Shown: piece by piece, positions 52,901 through 64,000 of the stretch
Position numbering within the stretch: position 1 is the first letter of the stretch
Layout of the letters: each line of letters starts with the position of its first letter
Source of the DNA: Tubiluchus corallicola
Taxonomy: Eukaryota > Animalia > Priapulida
Length of the DNA stretch: 64,000 bases
Reading direction: 5' to 3'
Assembly: GCA_030141605.1 (NCBI GenBank)
Contig: JAQGDQ010000048.1
Coordinates: 806,001-870,000 of the forward strand
The notes under the pieces: model-generated
What the model was told of the DNA's origin: nothing
The model's database searches: none
What the model saw: only the letters and a program-made list of their open reading frames with translations
Program-made: the position numbers and the translations under genes

Positions 52901-55900
52901 TTCAACACGTTTATTAAATTTCGGCCAGATTAACGATTCTGTGTTACATACATTCGCTTAGACATGTATGTGTAAAAGAACCACGTCAAGATGAAATGGC
53001 ATTCGCGTAAGTCAGAAATTACTTTTCGTGTTATTAGTTTCTAACAGCTGCATTCCAACAGTTAGCTAGCAGACAATTAGTATAATGTATTAGTATCTGA
53101 AGTAAATTTGCTTTTGAAAACATCCTCAGATAAACTGAAATAAAATGCTTTCAAATGGAATGAAATTGGACAGGCATATCAAATTAAAATAAATTATATA
53201 ATTGCAAGCACGGCAGTATAAATGTAGATTCCTCAAGATAATCTGCTGGTGGAGTAGACGTATTTAACAATTTTAAATGAGTGTTAACAATCCTTTTTCT
53301 CAGGATTCAAATTTAATAATGATTTTTCTGGCAAGATCCTTGTTTTTTTGTTTCTTAGACATACAGTGATATTAGCACACCCACGATGCTGAAAAATATC
53401 TTCGTTGTCAAAACATAAATCAGGCCGCATTCGACGACTAGGACAAACTGGTTTAATAAAAAACCAATAAAATCGTCCGAACAACATTAGTGAACTTCAG
53501 CTATCAATCGAAAACTGGACCAAGCTATGCAGGTAATGAAGTTGAAGAAGATGATTAAAGGAGTTAAGACGTCGATAATCGCAGGTAACAGCAGTCGTAA
53601 AACCGTTGGAGGTCGCATCTGCATGCTCACAGAGGGCCGGACTACTCAAGCACCCATTGTGTTTTTAAAGTTTGCCGATTGCCCTAAAATAGTGAGTCTG
53701 AAAAAATACGTTGGACTTGGTCCATAAAAAGTGAGTTAGTTATGAGCAACAGAGGCGCGCTGATTATTAATTGTTTGAAGGTTTGATTATATTTGGGGCT
53801 TAATTTTAACCCAGTAAAGTACTTTAGTAAACTTGTTCAACAGTGTGGTTGCGTCAAATATTTCAAAGCTGTGTTTCAATTTTTCAATCATATACACTTT
53901 CTGATAAGTATTATGCATGGTCTTGCATTACCGTCGGCAACGCCATTAGTAGGCATAGCATGGCCCATCTTTCAGTTTCAGTCAAAGGTTTTTAGCAAAA
54001 GAGCCTATGAGTTTAATCGCCATGCGTTAATGCGGACTTTTATGAACCTTGAAGAACCCAAAATGATTTTCTGAAAGCGCTTCGGCGACCAATCATGAGG
54101 CGGGTATTACGAACACTTTATGGCGGGTCCATTATTGGGGATGACACTGACTATAAAACCACAGTCAATCTACACTAAACTGAGCTTTTCCCATCAAGAG
54201 ACAATGATTTCTGTTTTCCACGCCGTAAAACAAAATGCACACAATTAACATTCGAGGCGCATCTACAGATGATCAACGGCTATACGAGCCAATGGCCAGC
54301 AGCAAATCAGCATCACTGTAATAAAGGCTATAATTATATAATTTTGGTTTAAAATAAAAGTATGATTAAATCTGCGTACATTCCATGAATAACCGCATTT
54401 GCTCTAAGATGGCAAGTTCTTTTTTGTGTCTCTATTTTATTTTCGTAGCACTTTGCAGCACTGTAGCACATGGTTAAAGACAAATCTAATAATTATAAAT
54501 TATAACTCTTTTCTAACAAGTTATAATAATAATTCTTTCAATTTTGTTAACAATTTTAGGGTTGAAGCAACTAGACATACTGAATGATACTTGGTATTGT
54601 TGATGAGCTTCCAACTTACTAGATCAACAATCTGGTAGCAATGCAGCTTACCTAGTGTCACTTACAACAAACTTCCCTGGCAATTTAAAACTGGAAATAG
54701 ATGTAATTATTGTGTAGGTCCACCACGCATATCAGACGGCACAGGCGTGCGAAAAATTATATTCATAAACGATTTTATGGTCCAATAAAATTGTCATTAC
54801 AGCAGCCATAAACCACTGAGAGACAGAAAGAAAGAGTAGACGTGTGATCATTGTGAGATCAAGTATCGTTAAATCCCTTGTCAGTTTGAGACAATTAAAT
54901 ATCAAGGCGTGGCTAATTGATATAGGCTGTATATGTGATTTATTTAAAAGATTTTCGTATTAACAACACCAAGAATTGAAGCCTATAACCTTATATTGTA
55001 CACATACTAATTGCTGTACTGACATTTTTGCCACCGGAGTTTTCCTGTGAACGAAATTTGTACATCGTTTTCAAGTTTTAGTGTTAAATAGAGTTCAATT
55101 ACAACTTTTTCTATTTAAAATTTGTTTTTGTCGGAAAACATACTTTCGGGCAATATGTTTCAGTTATTACTTAAACAATACTTGAATTTGTATAATGTTC
55201 ATCATCATCATCATCGTCGCTCTTTTTTCCTACCCTTTCATACACACCACAGTCACCTTTGCCTTAATCGCCTTGACGTGTTATGGTCATTATCGCTATC
55301 AGTTTTTTTTTAAATCAAAATATTATAGGTGTCATTCTCTACTGTTTCGACTCACAGTTACCATAAGATTTTATCATATAAGATCACGTTTGGTCACTAC
55401 ATATTTGTTTCTCGAGTTTTCTGCATTAAACTTTCTGTTTGTTAGGTAATTCCGTTAATTCATTTAATGTATATAAGTTTTTTTGTTTTATATAAAGTTG
55501 TTATCACCCAAAAAATGGGTTAACACAGACACTGGGAAGTTTTTAACGCGAAGCCCTTGCATTTTAAACGAATTTCACGCTTGGTGTGAAACTAACAATT
55601 CTCTAGGGTTGAATTCGCATTTTTCGCCGCAGTGTAAGCCGAGCAAGCACCCACAACATTATATATCTAAATGGAGATGGAATAATTTACTATCGCTATT
55701 AAACTAAAAGCAGAAAATCATAAATTATTGAAAAATATAAACATTCCGTCGAGCGAACTCAGTGCCTTGCGACAAGTTCGCTGCAATTATATTGATTCTT
55801 ATCCATTTTGGTGTTTATAAAAAGCGATATTATTTTTGAAACTGGATTTTGGGTCTGATGGCCTAAATTTGTTGTAAGGAAAAAATCGAATCAAAATACA

Positions 55901-56242
55901 TAATTTAACAATTAACAAGTTTGATTCGTGATTCCTAACTAAGAAAGTAACTGCTGGTAAAGTCTTTAAAAAAACCATAAAAACTCTACCAATTAATAGA
56001 TTTTAAAGATGCGAAAACTAAGCATATAGTCAATGCTTTTTGTTGTTAACGTGAAATCCGCAATACTGGTTTTTATTTCTTCGTTGCTAGAGTGTGCAGC
56101 TTGTATATACTGTGCAAGATCAACTTACCTAGAATTTTGCGCGGTTTTTTACGGAACTATTTATTCGCCGCTTAATAAGATTGCTGCTTAATATTATTAC
56201 TACTAAAATTTTAGCAAAAGATGGCAGCATGAAACAACTCAC

Positions 56243-56301
56243 CTGCTCGATTTGATTGGTCAATCATTGGCTGGACTATTCTCCGCCGTGCGTTTATAAA
56301 C
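56243..56301 (-). CDS. Meis: Meis/hth copy B exon 10 (59 nt), homeodomain helix 3; upstream exons not found, presumably beyond the window end
   Basis: Minus-strand acceptor ttttctacatag|, donor G|gtgagt; (W)FINARRRIVQPMIDQSNRA(G); same protein as copy A, 53/59 nt identical. Confidence 0.97.
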
Positions 56302-58059
56302 CTATGTAGAAAAGAAAAGACAGGCTTACTAATCATGATTTTAACACGCACTTTAACACCTTGCCTTACAATACAATTAGTCCTACACGAGGAAGTTTAA
56401 TTAACACAAAGGCGACTTTTGTTATTTTAATGAATAATCCCATAATACATATGTCTGGCCCTATATTAGCCAAGGGCCAAAATAAATACTATAGCCAGAG
56501 GCTATCACAACCAACCACACAAGCTAAAAATACAGATAAACTAATTAAAAACAAACAATTCTGGTACAAGGCCTACGCTACTACCTTTAGCATTATAGAA
56601 CAAATTTTGTCTACAAGTAAAGAAAAGCAAAACACAATTATATTTCATATTTATTTATTAGTGCCAATAACACATACAATACAATAAAAAAACAATTTCA
56701 ATTTTGAAATATAGTGACACTGCAGACAAACAAAACAATTACTGACAAAACAAATATTATAAAATCTTCCTGTTGGTTATTTTAGTTATTAGTTATTTAG
56801 CTATAAAACATACAATAAAAAAATAAAAGAGTTATAAGCCTACACTAATGTTTAAAAGGTAAAAAGGAAACATTCCTACGTCAACGTCAGGGGCATTTTC
56901 AAGATTATTTACTTTAACACATGCATGTAGTTTTTATCAGTTCATGTTTTAAGCAAATTTTTGTATGATTTTGAACTGACTGCCGAATTGGGCCATACTT
57001 GACAGCATCAAATTTAACTGTAAAAGACATGAATAAAGAGGGAGATAAAGTAAAAGAAAACAGAATGCTAATCTTTTGATCTGATCTACACCTACACTGA
57101 CGTCTCTTGTGGCACAGTCCAGTATGGTTTGGACTAGACTATTCAGATCTGAACTGGACTAAATCGGGAAATTCAGATTAGAGACTAAGACAAGGGAAGA
57201 TTAGATTAATGAATTAGTTGTTAAACACAACATACTAAAAATCGCTATAGTATGTAATTAGCCACTTTGACAGCAACACGATGGGAGTGCCATCATACCA
57301 TGGAACAGCTAATGATGAGGAACAAATAAAATCAGCGATTGGAAGACAAACTGCTAAATTATTAGCACTACGCCATTTGTATTCCAAAATCTGCAGTAAT
57401 ATCTCTGTTTTATAGCTCTAATCAGCTCATCTCAGGCTGTAAAGTCCACAGTAAATGCCCAAGACGCTGATGGCTTTCTAGATAATTCTGCGGTCATTTG
57501 AAAGGTGGATCTTGGAAACGTCAGAATCATTCCCATTCTACGACGTAGAATTTGTACATTAAATAAGCCTACTTGCAGGTTTTTGAAATATTGTTTCTTT
57601 GTAAACTGAGTTAATAAGTTTAATAAAGTAAGACTTAGCAGAGCTAATGATCACGTGTTCACTAGGCAATAATCTAAAATCCTTGCGTTAAATAATTTAA
57701 AATATTTAATCAAAGTAGCGTACATGTATATGGAAACGCTTATCTGACGAATTTTTTTCAAGTTTCGCTTCTACGTAGTACGATGTTATTACACATTATA
57801 AATACATGTTAAAATAAACAAATGGCTGCCAAGAGCAATTTTCCATGTGCCACTGATTTAATAATATTAAACGTATTATTTACTTTTTTATTCATTTGTT
57901 TATTACTAGTTAACTATCCGATGTTGTTTAAACTAAAAAATATTTGATGCAGAGATTTCAGAAGGTGTTCTTCTAGCGCTTTCTTTAACTTGTCTGTCAT
58001 GACCCTTACTTCGGTGGTGCTGATGTTAGCTCCCCTTTGTTCTTTTGTTTCTCACTGCC

Positions 58060-58275
58060 ACTCTTCAGTCTCACTGTCTCCTTCTCTTTCTTCTTCTTCT
58101 CTCTTTCTTTTCCTTCTCGCTCTGTCACTTTCGCCTCTTTTCCGTTTCCTCTCGCGGCCTCTCTTTCTTTCACTGATATTTTCTCCCTCGCTTCTTTTTC
58201 TTTTCCTCTTTTCTCTATACCTCTCAAATCCTTGCTCTTTTTTTCCTTTTTCCCTTCTTCTCTACTTTCCTACTT
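58060..58275. repeat. CT-rich low-complexity tract
   Basis: Long polypyrimidine stretch on the + strand; gives spurious L/S/F-rich and K/E/R-rich ORFs. Confidence 0.85.
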
Positions 58276-61200
58276 TTGACATTTGCTCTTTGAATTAATC
58301 ACTCTAGCAGCACGTTTGCAAAACGATTTTTGTGAAAAAACTTAGTTGTCAGTTGTAACTGGTTAGGTGCAGCAGTTACGACTTTTGACCTTGACTTTGC
58401 ATTACCTGTTGAAGATCTCTGTTTCCTTTGTAATAATAAGTTACTCAAGTTGCAATTGAGTGGGTTAGGTACAGCGTTTACGGCGGAGAAAATATGCGAA
58501 ACAGACGTATCCAGGAGATTCCAAGTTTTTAAAATCTTTATTCAAAAATTCTTAATAAAACTGCCATTATAAAACTATATATTTGAAAAAGCAACCACTT
58601 TTTTACGCATTAAATAATATATAGTCATACAACATCGAACAAGACTTTAAATAAATAGTTTAATTTTGTAAAAATTATACTGAAGTTTATCCTTATAAGT
58701 GTTTAATTTATACTGGCGTATGTGTAAAGTTAAGCGACACTCTTAGCTTTTTCCTTTCCCCAAGCTATATCCCTCGCTTCTAGCTCATAAGCTAACTCTT
58801 TAAATGCATTAAAGCGCACTCCCGCATTACCCATACTTAACCAGCACAGTAACAATGGCAGCCTTTGATATGCGCGTATTATTTCACAATTTACTCACAT
58901 ACGAGCAAAAACTCCCGAGCGCTAGCCTGTCGTTTGTTAATACAACAGATATGAAGATAGACGAGCCTAACCATTCCCGCGAGTCTACCTAGATAGTCAG
59001 TCTAAATAGTAGCAAAATGCTATATTCGACAACAAATGAAAATAAATGACCCAGGTCTGCTCAGCCAGCTGATTCACAATTTGACCTAAGATTTCCTCGG
59101 AGAGTTGCATCATCATATATTGCAACTGATGCAGCAACCTTATACTTTTCAAAGGCGGATCAGCGCGCGGGTGGCGCTGCTATCGCTCGAGAAAAATCTA
59201 TTCACTGATTCGGAAAATATGACATCATTAAGCTCCCAAGTTTTTTTAGTTAAGAATTTGAAGTCGCTATCTAAACCTTGGTGAAAAAGGTTCCAAGGTT
59301 GACATTTCGTTGCCTAGATCCTACTTTAAGCGTCTCACAGATGCTCGTTGGAAAAAAATCAGCTGCACAAAGTCGACCGATTACGCAAGTTACTCAGTGG
59401 ATGTTTGTCCCGCAAAAAAGCATAATAGGATAAAAATGGATCCCGCCGGACGAGCACAGCACTCTGGGTAATGTATTTAGGAAATAACATCAATGCCGTA
59501 TAATTAATGTATTGGACATGATGTCCCCAAACATAGATTTGCCGAGCAATTATGGCGAAGCGTGTGTGGTTTTAACAAAACAAGCAGTCTGTTTCTATAC
59601 TTCTTACTAAACTAGGGTCTCAAAAGACAAATACTAGTATTATGACGGAGATCACAAATCAAGGCCATAAGCATTGACTCAGCCATGCATTCGAGTTGCT
59701 GTGTATTTAACGGACATGAAAAGGTGTCTGGGCGAGGAGTGCATTTTCACAAGAACAAAAACATCATCATAACATTTTGCTGAAAACGCAAGAAATCTTG
59801 CGTAGAAGACACGTGACTTCCGACTTAAAAAACACAAGAGCGAACAGTCGCAAAAGTAAACAGCGCTTGCGATAAGATAGACATTAATTGATGTGAAAAG
59901 GATCTTAATGTCGCTACAAGTAGACAAATGAACAGGAGGAGATAAATGAATTTCTCATCTAACATCATCCAAAGTCAACCAGGATTGCGAGAATGAGCGG
60001 TGCGTCGCGTGTCAGATTCTGTTACGTTTATCACCGCAAGACAAACTGAGTAGACAGCTTTTCCGCATGATACAACCCCCCCCCCCCGAAAATTAGGCTG
60101 AAAATTTGGATAAGACGTTTACATGAATGTTATTTTAAATAAATGACACGTGGAGACCATGGTGGCCATCTGTAACGTCCTTTGTGATTTTAATTTTTTA
60201 CTATACGATATATTAGTAGGAAATCTAGTGACAAAAATGGCACATTATTATTATTATTATTATAATCAGAATTCTGATATTATAATATATACCTTCAGAT
60301 TATAATGCAATATGTACAGATGCAGCTCTCAATTTGTAGGAAAAGATAGCTAGCGATTACATACAAATGGCAGTTATAGACATACATTAATTAAATTTAC
60401 AATGTCAATTAAAAGGTAATATATACAGTATAAGACGATCTACAATAAAGTTAGCCTATTTATACGACGAGTTATGGAACAGTCATGTGCTTATAAAACA
60501 TACACACAACATGCCACATTCAAAATAACATTATTTAAATAGGTATAATAATTATTAATTCATACAAATAGCTAATGTACTCATTTTTATGAAAATTAAT
60601 GTGTTATATTTTACATTAGCCTAATTGGAAATTCATTTTTTACTAAATTGATAAATGGTTTAAAAATGGCATACGTAAAAGCCTGCACAGACAATTCTTA
60701 ACACGGCTACTTTCTCCTGTTTAATTTGGAAAACGCGTTTTTAACGCGTTTTTGCTCTGGATCTTCCATATAAGTACAATTGTTCATTACAAATTAATTT
60801 CATTGCACTTCTCTACACTGAATTCAAATTTTGGCGATCTCTAAGGTTTCATTTTGAGAATGTATTCTAGTTATCACGAAACTATTCTGACTAAATGCCG
60901 CCAGGAATCCAAATCTCCAATGCCTTATACAGATAACCACCTGACCCCATGGAGCAAGACTGGTTCAGTCCAACGTTAACTAGCTCTGTAGCTGATTGAG
61001 TTTATTTTCTCTGGAAAGCGGAAAAATAAACGCCAAGAGGCAGTTTATATATGCTGGATATGTGTCCATGTTTATGAGCTATTAAACTGGGCTCGAGTTG
61101 CTGAGAAATGTGAGTTTAGATGCGCTTGGTTGCTATCAGCTGCGTTTCTTCTCTTACTATGAAATGCGCTTGGCTGGATTCAGCTGTGTCCACCCACACT

Positions 61201-64000
61201 CCTGCTATGAAGGCAACCTACCATCATCAAAGGCGAAATTTGCTACTGCCTTTTATGTGATTTTTTTGCCATGAAAAAAGCTAAGCTAATCTTTTGGCAG
61301 CTTCATGCACATAACCCAGAATCATTTCTCATTGTATTTAATTCTGTGCTTATTAGTCGGTTTGCGTAAAATTCGTTGATTTATGCAATATTTTTTTTTA
61401 ATTCGCTTGAGTTCGGACCTCTGCTAGCGGGTGTACTGTGCAACACCCTTACAGAAGAATCATCAATGTGTATGTATGGGGAGAGACAAAAGAATCTAGC
61501 GAATTATCAAGTATAAATAATCCTTTGAGAGGAATAATGAATAAGCAAGCACACTTTTAGCCACGTTTGTGGATATACTTCTCTCAATAATATTTGTTAT
61601 CAACTTCGTACAGTTCAATTTAGCAATATAATCCACCAAATAGTATGCAGGTTATCATACTTTTTTATTATTAATATCATTTATTTTCGAACACACATGT
61701 ACAGTTAAGTTACATAAGTGGTTCAATTAAAAAAATTAAATTATATTTTAGCTCAGATGTTTAATAAACACTTGCTACAACAATCCGTATTACTGTCATC
61801 ACCACTTCAGCTGATTTTCTATGCTTACAGCAATTGAATATTATTACGATGAATTGTTAGCTAAAATATGCATCCATTTACTCTGGCAACTTTTCTGGCA
61901 AAAAGCCAAAATTTGCAAGACTTTCGCCAAATTTATAGAAGCAAGACACTCTTTTAAACCTTAGCTCATTTTCAACTATTGGTAAAATGGATATTTCAAA
62001 AACTCTAATTATTGATAATGTTTACTAATATGTAAACGCAGTCGTAACGCAGTTATTAATGAGTGGTGATGAGTATAAATTGACTAAACAGCGTCTATCT
62101 TTTATATTACGTGTCTTACTGATGTTTGCGAAAGCAAAGCAATACGGTAGCACGGAAACAGAAAAACTCGGCAAATAGTAACTTCACAAGTTCAAATTTT
62201 AAAGACATTGCTGCGCACGATATGACTGTTTGTGCAATATCACTACTGATAAGTTTTGCTGATTTCATGATTGGGCTGTGTATGTCACCGTATTCGGGAA
62301 ACGGGCGCCGCTGCCCACCTTGGCTGCCACCGGGTAAAATTGAAAAGTAACGAAATCAAAATTCCATGAGCCTAATTCTAAAATGCATATTATTCTTAAA
62401 GAACAACATTTGCATCTATTTAAGATATTGCAAACCATAGGGAACTTTGAGTTATGGTCTGAAATATCCCTTAAAGTCCAACCATCTTCTCGCACGTGCA
62501 AGCATACAAACCATCCGTAAAATCACCATAGTACAAACACATTCTGAAGACGTCCAGACCATTTCGCTAATTTATTCATCCTGGCCATTTCCTGAACTAA
62601 TTCAGCCAACTGAAAGCCATCCCTAATCATTTACCAAAGGCTCTGCTTATTTACTGCCTGCCCATGACAGATAAATCTTGCTAAAGACATGGAGGGAACA
62701 CCTTAAATGGGCAAGAAAATGTTCCTAGGTTGTTAGTGTCGGGCATAAATCACGTAAATCCGCGAAAATGTCCAGTGATGGGTTTTCAAGACTTGATTAC
62801 TAGCACTGGTATTGAATACTAATCGATATTGAAACTGTGCGCAATGTATCACTAGAGCTAGACAATGAAGGAAGAAAATGTCTTCTTCGTGATGCGATTG
62901 ACATAATAATCTGTTGGAAAGACACGCAAGTTGGATTTCTGAGGCATTCACAAAAAATAGGAATATGTGTAGTATCAAAGTTTGAGCCTATTCGTTTTTT
63001 TTTTTGAAAACGTTCAAAGGAGATTAAGACAGAGTAAATACCAAAACATACATAAAAACACCGTCAGAATAAAAACACTACACGAAATTTGAAAATGTCT
63101 TTAAAGTTTCCACGTGAAATCACAACACAATATTTAATGGTGTTGACGCTGAACACTTTTGATAATTTTATATATTTTACCTACAAGCAAAAAAAAGAAA
63201 GTTTCAACATACAGTTTAAAATTTAATTGAAATATTTTAAATCTAATTTTATATCTCCATAGGTATGTGGAGATATCCACATATATATCCATGTTTTTTA
63301 ATCTGATTTTAATTTTAAATTAATTACTTAATTTCGCAATCAGTAATTGTAAATACTGATGTGCATCACTGGTTGTTGATAATACGCTGATATAATCTGT
63401 AGCTTCTCTTATTTTACTTTAACTTTTGTACAGCAATCCCAGGCTTTTTATTAATTGTTATGATGCTACTTGAATCGATGAATGTCATACAAAATTTTCT
63501 CTGAGCTTGACTGCTTTTATTTGATTAGAAGAGTGAATAGCATATTAGTTTTTTAATCTGTCTTGTACATTATATACGCATGTAACTATATGTACATTAT
63601 TCATCTAATTGCATGTTACACTGACAATCTTCATTTGCAGATCACTAGTACTTTCATGTAACTTGCGATCACTTTGGTGTAGTGACATCTCATATCCACC
63701 CAACCCCCTCTCCTCCCATTCTGTTACTCTGTGTGCTAATGACAAGCCGTGGAATGCTACATGATGTATACGTTATGTGACAACTACAAATTATTCAGTT
63801 CTGGCAGTTATTAGAAAACTGGAAGACATTCCGCAATTTTTACTCTCGGCAAATAGCTCATTATACAAACCTGGAGAGAGAGAGAGAATTTACATTTCTG
63901 GAAGCAGCTACCAGATGTGAGAGACCTGTCAGGATAAATGGGAAAGTAGACAATTGATGTTAACTATTTTGCTGAGCCTACACATTGAAAATTATTGCAA

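Noticed and set aside
56302-64000. Copy B exon 9 (HPYPSE...QVNNW)
   Set aside because: Not found by eye on the minus strand; the intron presumably extends beyond the window.

Overview
AT-rich, intron-rich metazoan (probably invertebrate bilaterian) genomic DNA. It holds the 3' halves of TWO Meis/homothorax-family TALE homeobox genes arranged tail-to-tail (convergent), with stop codons about 8.7 kb apart. Copy A (+ strand) has six coding exons in the window (4814-4964, 15122-15273, 21990-22066, 28466-28524, 38634-38717, 39420-39664), giving a complete TALE homeodomain and a ...GQVMDIHAT* terminus. Copy B (- strand) has its last three exons here (56301-56243, 48973-48884, 48589-48354). All junctions are GT-AG and phase-compatible; exon numbers follow the vertebrate Meis convention by homology. 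The paralogs look old (penultimate exon diverged, with indels; no obvious intron similarity), yet the last 153 coding nt are ~95% identical, which suggests gene conversion or a nucleotide-level constraint. Only copy A keeps an in-frame GKSPLVTVFK-type extension after exon 10. Introns carry candidate TALE/Hox autoregulatory motif clusters, two LINE relics, a palindromic tRNA-derived element, hairpins and microsatellites; a foldback repeat lies between the two genes. Nearly all other ORFs in the track look spurious. All alignments and counts were done by eye; no database search was possible.
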